Shown here: positions 24,673-38,603 of the stretch, one piece after another
Layout: the number at the start of each line of letters is the position of its first letter
How positions within the stretch are numbered: the first letter of the stretch is position 1
The notes under the pieces: model-generated
The model's input: the letters and a program-made list of their open reading frames with translations, nothing else
Database searches by the model: none
What the model was told of the DNA's origin: nothing
Translations under genes and position numbers: made by a program
NCBI GenBank assembly: GCA_964016885.1
Contig: OZ024743.1
Location: forward strand, 115,630,001 to 115,694,000
Source: Eledone cirrhosa
Taxonomy: Eukaryota
Length of the DNA stretch: 64,000 bases
Direction of reading: 5' to 3'

Positions 24673-26717
24673 ATGGCTACGAAAAAGAATTTTCATAGGT
24701 CACTCCCACTCATTCCGTTTTCTTCTTCCTCAATCATCACTACAGCAGAGAGAAGATTGTCTCTCCCCCTCCCTTCTTTAAATGTGTCTCTCTCCCTCCC
24801 TTCTCTTTCGCAAGCGACGACAGAAAAGAAAAGTCTCGTGCAAAGCGTGCAAGATTTCACCACAACGACGACGACAACGACGAAACAGGTGTGCGGGAAA
24901 TACGAAAACCCATTTCATTCGTCTGACGTCAGGAATAATAGCAGTAGCAGCCGTAATAACAACAGCAACAGTGACAATGAAAACAACAGTAGCAGCCGCA
25001 TAAACAACAACAGCATTAGCAGCAGCAACACCAACAACAACCACAGCAACAGCGGCGGAGACAGTAGTCGTAGTACCTGCAGCAACAACAAAAGTAACAG
25101 CAGCTCTGACGACAACAACAACAACAGCAGCAAAGAAAAACCAATCTCGTTTGCAGGTATCGCGAAGAACCTGGAAACAATCCTCATAACAAATGAGGAA
25201 TTAGAGGAAGCGAAGAAGATGGTGACAAAGACCGGACACCGAGCAATCTGCAAGGCAGCGGAAACATTTTTCGAAACCCAACAGCACTGTACGGTCACGT
25301 ACCGTACGGTAAGTACAAAATCCCGTAGGGTTGAAAGACCCACAGAGGCTCAAATACAAAAAGCCTTGGGTCTGTGTGGCAGCGGAAAACGCACATCACC
25401 CGAAGCAAAAAATATGCCACCGTAGACGTACTTTTTGTCACACCCCAGGAGGCAAAGGCTCAATCCGTAGTGATCCTAAGGAGCGAGGAAATGGTGTTGG
25501 TGCCCTCCTACTGCGGGCAAAAAATTGTGAGGGTCAAACTCACCCACGTCCCACCCGGGATGGCCCCTTCTTGGCTGGCCGCGTCTGTCCTCGTCGGAAT
25601 CGAGAACAAAACAACTGTACTGCAAGTACAGAAAAAAGTAAGGGAAGATTGGGTCGGCACCTCCATTGAGATGTTAATCCAAACCAACCAGGAGTGCATC
25701 GAAGCTATCCCGGATGTGATAGACTTCGATAACGGCACTCAGCTGCCCATAAGTGTTGAGGGCAAACGCCCGAAATGCTTTCGCTGTGGATCGAAGACTC
25801 ACCTCAGGGCCTTCTGCAACGAGAAGACCCTGAGAAAGGAGAAAACCCCCCTCCTTCCGAAACTGGCTCCACGGCTACCAGCAACAGGACAAGCGGCAAC
25901 CAGGAACGATAGGTCCGTGGCACCCATACCTACGCCACGGAAATCAGCAGCAGTGGAAATATTAACAACAACAGCAGCAATACCAAATGCAGTTGCAACA
26001 GAGACTCCAGTGCAAACATCACCAACAACAACAAGTGAAAGAGTGGAGCTGGTACCTCTCCCCGACCTCACAGAATCAGACATGGAGTGTGAGGTGGGAG
26101 AGGGATGGCAAAAGGTCGTAAGAAGGCACAAACGCAGAAGCAGCGCTTCGTCGCCTTTGAAAAGGGAGGAAAGAAATGATAAAATGGTAAAGTCTACTGC
26201 AAAGAGACTCACAGCAACAACACCACCAACACCATCACCACCCACACTAGCACCACCATCACCACCGGCGACAAACCCACCGCCAACAACACCTTCAACA
26301 CCACCACCACAAGCACCAACATCGCAAACACAACAACAAAACACACACACCCAGCAACAACGACAAGAAAATAGCAGAACCACACCCCACCCCCAGAAAA
26401 ACAAATGCACGGCAATAAATACACACAACAAGAAACTAATGACTTACATAATTGAACACACAGACATTTCATAACACGACTACATAATACCAGCACTAAA
26501 AATAGCACAGAAACAATACACAAACATTAAAACGAAATTCCCCAACGCAGTTGGTGATTTCAGGGACCTAGGAGGAACTAGCAATCGAAGAGTATATTCG
26601 GACATACTCATAGAAGAGCCGACGACCAGCCGAAGGGACGATTCAACGGTCCCTTCACCAGACGATCAAGTGAAAAAGGATGTAAAAACCATCCCTCCTC
26701 TACGAAAAGTACGGTAA
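24673..26717 (+). pseudogene. Tx1-like ORF1 (gag-like, CX2CX4HX4C zinc knuckle), one frameshift and one premature stop
   Basis: ORFs 24631-25425 and 25374-26474 (CFRCGSKTHLRAFC). The same frame continues past the TAA at 26474 to ..IPPLRKVR* at 26717. Confidence 0.85.
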
Positions 26718-26752
26718 GTGGTATTTCCCATCTTTTCCACTCTATTTTAAAC

Positions 26753-29700
26753 ATGACCTCACTCAGAATAGGCAGCATAAATGCGCGTGGCTTGGGGTCG
26801 TCATGGAAGCAGGGTCATCTTCTCAACGAACTCAGGTCACTAAACATAGATGTAGTGGCCATCAGCGAGACCAGAATCTCCGAAGCACGGGCCTTCGCAC
26901 CGATCTTCGGCGGCTACGATGTGTACGCATCTCCCAGCCGTCCTGGATCGGGGGGAGGAGTTGCTGTGCTTTTTCGGAGAGGTTTGGATCTCCCCATACG
27001 AGCCATCTTCCTGGACCCAGAGGATAAGCTGGTGGTGCTGGACGTGACCAGCGGAGACGGGCAAGCTTTCAGGCTAGTGGCCGACTATGCCCCGACAGGA
27101 GCAGGGCGGCCTGATTTCTTCCGGCGTCTGGAGAAATTTCTTGGAACGTCCCGCTCTTTAGTGTTAGTGGGCGACTGGAACGGGATCTTAGATGCACGCT
27201 GGGACTGTGTGAGATTAGCGGATAGGGGTGGAGGGTGCAAGAGCCTCACCAACCTGCTCAGGCGTTTTGAACTGTCTGACAGGTACCAGTTGATATTTCC
27301 CGAATGTGCCAATGTGGACTTGGTCAAATCGCATAGGGTCATCCAGATCATATCTAGATAGAGTATTTTGTAGGGAAATAGATAGGTCTAGCATAGGCTG
27401 TCCACAATTCAAGATAGTCAGCTACACGGACCACAAATTCGTGATCTGTGTGCTTGACTTAGATAGCCTTCATAGACGAGGACCCGGCTACTGGAAGCTA
27501 AACGCGTCCTTACCAGCGCGCAAGGCCTACAGAGACCGGATTAGCGAACTAGTTAAGCGGGTGTTGACGGGGGCCATCGTCAACAAAAGTGGTGGTTTGC
27601 TCTGAAAAGAGCGATTAGAATAGAATCCATTAGGTTTAGTAAGGCTTTAGCAATAGAGAAAAATAGAGCAGAGGGAGAACTAGATAGAAAATTAGACGAG
27701 GCGCTTAGCAAAGGCATTGCGACCGACGTGCTTGCGGCGAAATTGGCCCTTGACCAATTTTTCAATGCAGAGCATGAAGGCTGCGTTGTCAGAGCAAGGG
27801 TGCGTGCTCTCAGACACGAGGGGACGAAAGCCGTTCAATGGGCCCGAGTGGCGGAGGCGCGTCGTGTCATCAAAGCCACGATCCGGTCTTTGGTGGATCA
27901 CGACGGGCGCATGCTACTCGATCCCGGGAAAATGTGTGAAGCTTTTCAGCGACACTTCGCTCAGCTGTTCGGGGGCAGCGGTGGGCCGCGTCGAGTGATG
28001 GACTTTAGTGTCTACCATAACGGACTGCCGTGGCTCTCGCCCACTGAGGCGAAGTGTTGCGAAAAGCCGATAACAGCCGCTGAAGTAAGGGAGGCAATGA
28101 CTGGCTGCACAAGGGGTAAATGGCCAAGGTGCTAGCAAAGAGGTTGGCGCTTGTCGTTGGTGGTCTGGCGGGAGAGGCGCAGACATGCGCCTTTCCCGAC
28201 AGATCCATCCACGACAACCTCCACCTCATGCTATACATCGTAGAGAGGGTAGCTAGGGAACCTGGCACGGGTCGGTCCTTGATCAATTTAGATCAGTCGA
28301 AATCTTTCGATAGGGTCGACCATCGTTACCTAGCGGCAGTCCTGAGGGCGGCTGGCTTTGGGCCCGTCTTCAGAAGCTGGATCGCTGCCATGCACAGCGA
28401 CATCTGCTTTGTGGTGAGAGTGAACGGTCACCTGTCGGAACCGTTCAACATCATGCGCTCGGTCCGCCAAGGATGTCCCCTCTCGTCCCTCTTGTACGTA
28501 TTGACTCTCGAGCCATTACTGCACAAACTGTAGACGTTGAGGGGCGTCCCGCGCGAACTAGGATGCGGAAGATCCGTGTCAGCATATGCGGACGATGTCA
28601 CCATAGTGGTGTCGAACGCCAAACACATCGAGGCGATCGGCACTACACTAAGAGAATACGAAGCGGTGACAGGAGCAATGATCAACCAGGAAAAGTCAGT
28701 GGGACTGCAGCTCGGCACCTGGAGAGGCAGGTCCATGCCGTCCAACAGCGTCGTCGGACGCTGGATGGACGGCCCGGTTAAATTGCTAGAGGTCTGGTTC
28801 GGTCCGGACCTCCAGATGGACAAAAACTGGGACGAGGTGACGAGCAGGGTGGCTTCTCTCACCCAGAAATGGGCGGAGAGGAAGCTATCCCTGAAAGGTC
28901 GAGCGGAGGTGGCTAACGCATACATCGCGTCTGTCATCTGCTACCGCCTGCCGTCGTACCTTGTCCTAAGCCTCGCCTGACTGCGCTGGAGCGTTTGCTC
29001 TTTCGCTTTTTGTGGAAGGGACGCGCTCCGATGGTCAGGCGGTCCATCTGTTGTCAACACCCGCTACATGGAGGGCTGGGCGTGCCGTGGCTGATGATGC
29101 GCAGGCACGCGCTCAGGCTACGACATCTACACCTCTTCCTCGACGGTTATCAGGTGTGGTCGCCGTTTGCTAGACACGTATTTCCCTAGCTCGTTTCCTT
29201 GACGGAGCTGCAGTCCTGGGTCAAGCGAAGACCGAGAGGGAGCGCCTGGAGACTGAAATGTCTTCAGGCGCTCACAGCCCTCGATCAATCGGGCAATGTG
29301 ATCGGTGGAAACTCCACCTCGGCGTTCTATAGAGGATTAGTGGAGGGGAAGAGCGACGACGTACTTGGGCAAACTCTAGGCGTCGACGAAATTCAACTAG
29401 CTAATCTCTTCGGAAGAACTTTCGGGCCAGGGCCTATGGACAACTTCCAGAAATCTCTGGCCTGGCAGTGCTACCGAGGAGCCTTGCCAGTTCGGGATAA
29501 ACTCTACAGGCATGGAGGTGCCGTCAGCCGGGCATGTCCGAGATGCGCGCAGGGCGACGAAACCGTCCTGCACGCACTCTTCCAGTGTCCGAAAATTGCT
29601 GACTTGTGGGTTTGTGTCGAACACCTGCTGTCGCGTTTAGGACGGATCCGGCTATCATCTGTGTCCATCGTGAGGATTGCCCCGCCCTCCTCCTTTAGCC

Positions 29701-29939
29701 GGGAAGGGCAGGCAGTTTTTATCTGTCTGGTGGCCATGGCGAAAGAGATAGTGTGGTGGACACGTTTGAAAGTGTTGAAGACGAGCACTTACCTCTTCGG
29801 TGACTTTTTCAAATTTCATTTGAAAAGGAAAATCAGAGTAGAGAGGGAAGTGCTCTCTTCCCAGCATTTTGTTGAAAGATGGGTGAGAGAAGCAAGAATG
29901 GCCCGAGTGAATGGGCCTACTCTGAGTATATATCTGTAA
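26753..29939 (+). pseudogene. Tx1-like ORF2 (APE + RT + C-terminal Cys motif), frameshifted, with internal deletion
   Basis: MTSLRIGSINARGL..ISETR..VGDWN..SYLDRV..YTDHKF, then DQSKSFDRVDH, RQGCPLS, AYADD and CPRC..ETVLHALFQC. It lacks the segment matching about 14950-15165 of copy 1. Confidence 0.92.
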
Positions 29940-30218
29940 ATTAAAGGTGGAAAACTGGGAGAGGGCACTTGCCTTGGTGGTCAGGGTCATTGTGGCCTTT
30001 TACTGGGCTTTCTCCACAAATGTCCCTCCGAAGTCTCCCCCCTATTGGGGAAATTTTTATTGTTATTTTTTTGTTACATCCTCTGTTTTGTTTTCCACAC
30101 GCAGAAATGCCCATTTGTACCGTCCTGTATTGTCCTGCACTGTCCTTAATGTCTACTTTATGTAAACCCTTGTGGTTAATAAAGAAATCATTATTATTAT
30201 TATTATTGTTATTGTTAT

Positions 30219-30770
30219 TCCTTGAATCTCAGTCATTGATGTTGGTTAACTGGAAAGTCCGTTGGATTGAATATCAAGCCACTACCTGCAGCCTCAGATA
30301 TTCAGGACGTATCGAAGGGTTCTTGCCGTTCCAAGCAAGCATGCCTTTTGAAGCGTTCCAAAAAGCGTGAAGGGGCCGATTTTCTTTAACCATCCCTGGA
30401 AACCTTTGGAGATAGTCCCCAGTGCGCCTATGACAATCGGGATCACTTTGACTTCATGGCAGTTCCAAATCCTTTTCACCTCCCACTTTAGGTCCTGGTA
30501 TCGGTTAATTTTCTCCCTCTCCTTCTCTTGCACTCTCGTGTCGAACGGGCAGGCCACATCCACAATCAGGCACGATCTTTTTTCTTTGTCCACAACCACC
30601 AGGTCAGGTCTATTGTGCTCCAGTTTTTTGTCCGTCTGTATCCTAAAATCCCACAGCACCTTCACCTGACTGTTCTCCATCACCGCCTCTGGCCTATGCT
30701 CATACCATTTCTCAGAATGTGGTAGATTGTTTACTTTGCACAGGTGCCAGTGGATCACCCTGCCCATCAC
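30219..30770 (-). mobile_element. R4/Dong-like family A, 550-bp 3' fragment between (TTA)n runs
   Basis: ORF 30294-30770 matches the C-terminus of 7524-10772. I see only two nucleotide differences from 7449-8000. Confidence 0.95.
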
Positions 30771-30792
30771 TATTATTATTATTATTATTATG

Positions 30793-30845
<53 letters not shown>

Positions 30846-31723
30846 GTTTGAGTAGTCGTAGTGAAGAATGCTTCAATCATATTACCATAGAGAAAAGAAA
30901 TGTGATATTTCGTTTTAAGTTGAAAGTAAGATTCGAATCATAGATTTATACTGCCTCTGTGTGTGCGTGATTCTGTTTTTTTTTACATTCAAAATTGTAT
31001 CCTATCGAGGTCAGATTTTCTATAAAATGTATAGTCGTAGTGATAGAGAAGATATACGCTCCAGTTATTAATATTATGCTTTTGAAGAACGAGAATTATT
31101 TGAAAGTCTATGGCTGTTTCCGAATAATATTCGGCCCACAAAATGGATAATGTAAACAGCCCACATAAGCACGATGTCAAAACGGAATATATAATTCAAT
31201 CATTTTACAGCAAACGTATCAATTCTTACATATATTTCATTCAATTTATGGAGCTATATATGATGTAGTTGGTTCCGAGGAAGAAAATATATTACGTAGA
31301 AATAATAATGTTACTTAATACAGTTATATTTCGTGAGTTAAAAACCTTATGCGAGCCTTGAGGTTTTGTAATACCGGGACGAAGGTAATGTTAGTTTCTG
31401 TACACTATCAGAATTTTGATAGAAGCATAATATTATATGGTTACGTGATCTACATGTGAATCGATTGCCGAAAGCAATTGCATGTTCAAATCAATGAAAA
31501 TGATGGAACAGAGTAAGCCACGTAAGTACTCTCTGTTGAAATTGTTTTAGTAAAATTGCTGTTAGTACTTCTGGTGCTGCCGGCTCTGGTGCTAGTTCTG
31601 GGATGGCATGCGTGTTAAATAATATATAATCTAAACGACATTATAAATAAGTATAATATAAATAATCTTACACTGACACACACACATATATATAAATGTA
31701 AGTATGCTCACGTACACACGCAC

Positions 31724-31860
<137 letters not shown>

Positions 31861-31901
31861 TATGGAAATGTACGTATGGGTTATATCGAACATTAATGAT
31901 A

Positions 31902-31951
<50 letters not shown>

Positions 31952-31996
31952 ATAGATAAATATACACGGGTGTGTATGGTTGTGTATAGAAGATTA

Positions 31997-32353
<357 letters not shown>

Positions 32354-33009
32354 TTATATATAATAAAATAAAATTTCGCGCTACATGGCTGAATACAATA
32401 AATGTAATCTGAGGTTTTGGAATATTAATAATAATATTCGATTCGTTTGCAATTATGCAAACAAGCCTCACTTTTAAAGCCATGTCAGTAGAATGAGCCC
32501 CTCATTCTTGCTCTTGTGTTGTCATGTAAACAGAACTGCAAACACTAATATTTCTGGGTATTACCCTTCATCAGTACATTTCACTGTGCGTGTTTGTGTG
32601 TCAGTGTCTGTCTGTCTGTGTGTGAGTGTGTGTTTGTGTATGTGTGTTTGTATGTGTGTGTGTGTTTGTGTAAGTAAGCAAAACTTAAACAGATGACAAC
32701 GGATCGAGAAGATTCTTCCGATGAAGATATATATTCGTTTATGTAAGAGGAAATGAACCTTAAGATTTCGGTCTTTAGTCCTTCATTAGAAAATAAAATG
32801 AAAATTAAAAGAAATAATAGAAAGATAGAGGGTAGAAAGGAAAAATCGGAAAACACGTGTGTCTTTTGTGGGCAATTATACATTTACTTGGTTTTCTGAG
32901 CTATTATTTATTACGATCAACCTTTGTTGCTGCTATTTCTACGTTTCGAATCCCCCCATTTTACACACATACACACACACAAACACACACATTATATATA
33001 TATATGTAC

Positions 33010-33058
<49 letters not shown>

Positions 33059-34685
33059 CGTGCATGCGTGCATGCGTGCGTGCGTGTTGACGAAATGTAC
33101 CTCAGCACAAGACTGATATTTTATTTTATCAGGCCTGGGAGGATGTAAAATAGTCAACAAATATCTCAATGGATTTTTATCTGACGTTCTAACAATTCCA
33201 CTCATTTCACGACCTTTTATGGAAATCGTTTTGGAATTTCACCATTCGGTGTTGCTATAAATATTCTCTTATGTACAGGGTTCAACGATTTTTTTATTTT
33301 TCTAACTAAACTATTTCATACTTTGTTACGAGAGAAAAGCTTGTTTCATTTTGAATCATTTTATTAGAATATATTCAAACTTTTCCTGCTTTTATACACG
33401 CAGACTCACACATTTCTGTTTAACTTGATAAACACTTTTTGCTATGTGTCCCAAGAGAACCCTATCACAGTCCAGTCGGTATTTTGAGAACTCCAATGTC
33501 ACCATAATTTGACACTAACAATTGCGACATTATCAGTGTCTTCCCTTAAAAGCAGTAATATTACTACAAGCTATAAACAATATCTATATTAACACTATCC
33601 TATACTATTGTCAACTGTTCTATCTCGATCATCTACAAACAGCACGAACTAGATATTAACAATAACTGGATTAATGTCACTATTCTTCGATAATAACTGG
33701 AACAGCTGCTATAGCACCTTCGTTTATAAACAAATGGAATGTCCTCACCATTCTTCAGTAATAAATCAACAACAAATGCAATTCTGCCACCATTATTTAG
33801 TAATAACTATAAGACTACAACCGTAATATCCCTTCAAACTCTTAATAGTAACTGCAATTTCACCAAATATCATAAAACACAACAAACCCACGTAAGACAC
33901 CATTCTTCATAAATATATCATTGTGTTACAGGTTACTTTTATAAATGTTTTCCTTTATGTTAATTGCGAGATTATTACAAACATTATTTCTAATATAGGT
34001 TCAAGGCCAGCAAATATTTTGGTTAAGGGCAAAGTTAATTAAATCCACCCTAGTACTTGTCTAGTATTCCGTAAGGTTGATAGGCAAAGATGACCTCATT
34101 CAGGGGGAAAGAATGTAAAGAACATAACAAATATCATAATGGGATTTACCCCACACACTACCAATTCTGCTAACCCACCATACAAGAAATTGTTATATTA
34201 ATTTTCTCAGAAATAACAGGTAAAAGCAAATAAATCTCTCAATAATAAATGTATTTTAGAATGTTTTCCTATTGCGAATTATTCCTCTTTACATGTTTAT
34301 TTCCATTTGCATTCACCCTTCAATGTGAGTTAAAAATGACCAGCAATTACGAAATGTCAGTACATTCTATATTAAAACATTGAATCATCCATTTAGTTGA
34401 AAAAAAAAAGAACCAACAGACATTATTTTCAATTATTTTTTCTTGTCTGACATTTCGTGAAAACCTGCGTGTTTATCAAGAAACAAACAAGTAATTATTT
34501 ATAAAATTACATAAAATTATCAAATGACAGTTCATAATTTCTCTCAGTCATTACATTAAGCTGCTTTTTGTTTTATAATTTGGAAATTGTTTTACATTCG
34601 TGCATATCTGTGTATCTTTATTTTTTAGTTTCAATATTGATCCCTTGTCATCGTTACTCATGTAAATTATCCGAATGGGAATACC

Positions 34686-35706
34686 TACCCGGTCACTATA
34701 TCTGGTGGAAATAAACACCAACTTTTCCTCACTCCCAAAACCCCTACTTATGGTTTTTTATATAGGCATAAGACCAGCAATTTTGGGGGAGGGGAGGTCG
34801 ATTAAATCGACCTCAGTGCGTGACTGGTACTTTATTTTATCGACCCCGTAAGAATGAAAGGCAAAGTTAACCTCGGCGGGATTTCAACTCATATTATAAA
34901 GGGCCGTAACTCTGTACTGCAAAGCATGGTGTCTGACGCTCTACCGATACTTCCGATCCACCGCCCTCCAACACTCTTAATTATAAAAAGCCGGTATATT
35001 ATATAATATGACCATATATACACAATGGCTGTAAACCTTTAGACGTACCTAGTGTCAAATAAAAACTTTAACGAAAAGCATGAGTGTTCAAAGAAGGAGT
35101 CTTTCCAGTGCTATCTTTTATAAAAAATAAAAATCAATTTTCCCCCCAATCCACCTTCCTACATTATATATTACATATTTTGGTCATATAGAGTATATGA
35201 TGGTAAATTGGAGGGATGATCTACCTGGAGCTAAAAGACATCTGAAACAAATAAGATGATAGATGAAAGACATCTTCATAGCATGATCCTTTTTTGTAGC
35301 TAGTTAAATAACGTGTAAAACAAGCCACTCGTCTTCGCAAGTGTCCCTCTTGTCAACCCAATTTTTCCTTCCCCTCCAAACTTACGACTATCTTAAATTC
35401 ACAACAAACTGTCATATACACTATATGACCAAAATCTGTAATATATTTCCGCCTATCTAATGTAGGAAGGGTGGACTTGGGCAAAAAATGATTTTTTTCC
35501 CCCAAGTCCACCCTATAAAAGATATCACTGCGAAGACACCTTCTTTGATCACTCATGCTTTTCGTTACAGTTTTTAGGTACGTCTAAATATGTACAGCTA
35601 TTGTGTAAATATGGCCACATTATGTAATCTACCGGCTTTTTATAATTAGGAGTGTTGGGAGTGTGGAAGAGTTGGTGTTTATTCCACCAGATATAGTGAC
35701 CGGGTA
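34686..35706. mobile_element. Long-TIR MITE/fold-back element with a SINE inserted in its left arm
   Basis: Termini TACCCGGTCACTATATCTGGTGGAA and TTCCACCAGATATAGTGACCGGGTA. Inverted similarity continues for about 300 bp once the SINE is removed. Confidence 0.8.
34755..34966 (-). mobile_element. SINE family S1 (variant 3' end)
   Basis: CTGGTACTTTATTTTATCGACCCCGTAAGAATGAAAGGCAAAG..CCACCGCCC. Confidence 0.88.
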
Positions 35707-35879
35707 TTTTGGTTGGCTTTTTTAGGGGGGGGGGGGGTATATTACTCTGTTGTAGTAATTTAATTGCGGGAGAAATAATAAAACTTCGCACCAAGGAATA
35801 TTGTTTTAATAAATAGTTAAAGCTTAACTGTGTCAATGATGAAATAAAACATATTTGCCGTATACAGTTTCTTGTCAAT

Positions 35880-36420
35880 ATTAAGGTGAATTCAAATCCA
35901 CCAATGTCAACTTTTCCTTTTTATTCACGGTCAATCGAATAAAGTACCAGTCAAGTACTGGGGTTGACATGGTAGACTCTCGACTCCATAGGAATTGCTG
36001 GCCTACATTTGAAATACTTAAGAGTTTTGGATTGATAGAATTGGTAGAGCGTTGGTTAAAATGGCATTGCATTATTTGTTATGACTCAAATTCTGATGAG
36101 CTCAACTTTCTTTTCATCATTCCAGGGTCGGACACGCAAATTACTAATAAACACTAAGGTTTATTTAAACGACTTTTCACTTCCTCTAATTTGGTGGTCT
36201 ATTGGACTTGAAGAATCAGCAGGGCAATGGATAAATACCCATTCTCGTAGTATGTTTTCTAGCTTATGACATTCTGAGTTTAAATTGCACCGGGATCAAA
36301 TTGCCTCTTATTGTTCTGGGTCGGGAAAATAAGTACCAGTCAAATAATTGGTTGATTTAATCAACTTTGCCTTTCCACCAATGTTGCTGGCTTGTGACCA
36401 TATGAAAAATTAATATTAAA
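35880..36420 (+). mobile_element. Cluster of three old, diverged S1-like SINE remnants
   Basis: Repeated TTCAAAT..CAACTTT..GTCG..AAGTACCAGTCAA motifs. Confidence 0.6.
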
Positions 36421-37849
36421 ATAACGGGATGTAGGTAATCATAATCAAATATTGAGAGCTGCAAATGAATGCGAACACCGACATTAAAGTATCTGCATTT
36501 GTTTCCTGATAAGATGACAATATACACAGCATATTCACACCAATTTTAACTCCCTTATTTCATTGGTATAATGTTTAAAGAAACAGTATACAAATTATAA
36601 TCAATATCATATTTGAGATAGCAACGTCCCTCTTCGTTGTCGGATCACTTTCTGAAAATAGGAGTTATATATCGTTTGATCATAAATAGCGCAATTAGAT
36701 ATTATCCGGGAATATTACATACAACGTTTGGTTATTTCCATTGTGCGGAGGCCTACGTACATGATCTAGTACATGTTTATTGTAATGTTAATGATTAATT
36801 AAACCAGCAGAAATGTATGTCAAGATTGGGATTTAGGTCATCCCAGTTGGGAGAGTATTTAAAGCAGTGAGTGTCACGTATAATGGTTCTCTTTATGTAC
36901 AAACTTGTATATTGTGCTACTTTAAATTGTTTTAAGAGTGATTAAAAGAGTGCATAATGCATGATAAGCTATATGTATGAACATATGTATGTATGAATAT
37001 ATGTGCGTATGTATATATGTATGTGTATATAGGTATCTCAGTATGCATGCATGTGTGTGCATTCGTGAATGTATGTATGTTCTTCGGGTTTTATAATTTC
37101 ACAAATGTTTGCCGATAGAGAGAGTGTCGGTTTCTAACATAGATACAAAACTCTCTCATTGGAATTTACACAACATCAACTAGGTAGATATGTATGCATG
37201 TCTGCATGCATGTGTGTGCAGGTATGGGTGTTATTGTATGTGTGGATATGGATGTTTTGAGTTTTATGTGTGCATGTGCATATGCTTTGTGTCTGTACAT
37301 GTGTATATGCAGTTATTAGATGCAGAATTTTTGGAATGTTTTACATATTTTTACTGTTCCATTAATGGATTGTACTTGTAATTCCTAACTAGTTTTGTTC
37401 TTTCTGTTTCTGTGAGGCGCAGCTTCTCAAGATTTGTATTGAGGCAGTTACTAACACATCCCAGTGCCCCAATAATCACAGGTATATGTATGTATGTGTG
37501 TATGTACGTATTCAATTGTATGTGTGCGTGTTAAGTTTAACCATGCATTAACACTTTCCTTGAATGAGACCTTTTTATATATAGAATTGACTTTTACAAG
37601 GTAAAGGTTGTCAGAATCATCGTATGTCTGACTATGGATTCTTTTCTTAAACAACTTAATGATTATTATGTATCATGAACATTAACTTTCACGCATTTTG
37701 TAAATAGCACTTCACACTCATTTGCAAACACACACACACAAACACACACATACACACACGTATATGTATAGTTAGTGATGAGCGATATATATATAAATAT
37801 ATACAACATAGCCCATTCGTATAACAATGGACTTTGCACCTAGAGTGTC

Positions 37850-38126
37850 CAGCTCTGATGCAAAAGCCCGAGCAAGGTGGGGTTTTTTTGTAGAAGATCA
37901 GCAGCCCGACATGCATTATAGTTCTCCGTATTTCTTACACCCCTGATGTTGTCCAAAAGGAAAGCATAGGCTGCAATAATGGCAACAGTGTCGTTCCAAC
38001 ACATTTGTCCTGCTGAGTGAACTGGAACAACAGGAAGTAATGTGTCTTCCTCAAGGCTACAACGCACCATACGGTCCCCTAAACTAAGTAACATCATCGT
38101 GATTGTGAACCCGACGCCCTAACCAA
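37850..38126 (-). mobile_element. Second tRNA-type SINE (CORE-like body); head locally duplicated at 38244-38284
   Basis: Minus strand reads TGGTTAGGGCGTCGGGTTCACAATCACG..CCTTGAGGAAGACAC..CCAGTTCACTCAGC. A related element lies at 56790-57085. Confidence 0.6.
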
Positions 38127-38205
<79 letters not shown>

Positions 38206-38295
38206 GTATGTATATATATATATATATATATATAAGTATATAAGTAACATCATCGTGATTGTGAACCCGACGCCCTAACCAATGTGTGTGTATAT

Positions 38296-38330
<35 letters not shown>

Positions 38331-38336
38331 AGTATG

Positions 38337-38432
<96 letters not shown>

Positions 38433-38550
38433 CATATGTGATTCCAGTTCCTTTGCTGACTAACAACACACACAGGAGCTGAACTTATCGATGAATTACA
38501 GGGTAGAACCTATTACAACATGTTTTCCTGTTATTATGCCTTAATTCTTA

Positions 38551-38603
38551 CTGCCTGATGAGGTCACACCCAATAATGGCTGTCACTGAAATAAGTATAC
38601 CAG
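38551..38603 (+). ncRNA. Degenerate hammerhead motif (Penelope pLTR remnant)
   Basis: CTGC-CTGATGA-[imperfect stem II]-GAAA-TAAGTA-TA-CCAG, with one mismatch in stem I. It lies just downstream of (TA)n. Confidence 0.5.

Larger units (their letters stand above)
24459..30190 (+). mobile_element. L1/Tx1-like retrotransposon copy 2, flanked by (TTA)n
   Basis: (TTA)n at 24405-24458, then ORF1 with a CCHC knuckle, ORF2 with APE+RT+C-terminal Cys motif, 3'UTR, AATAAA and (TTA)n. Confidence 0.93.

Noticed and set aside
6675-30845. CRISPR-like repeat-spacer array formed by (TTA)n runs
   Set aside because: The intervening pieces are 0.25-5.7 kb retrotransposons, the repeats vary in length, and there are no cas genes in this eukaryotic context.
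33400-33920. Faint periodic CAC..TATTCTTC..AATAACT motifs
   Set aside because: Too decayed to define a unit; probably an old minisatellite.
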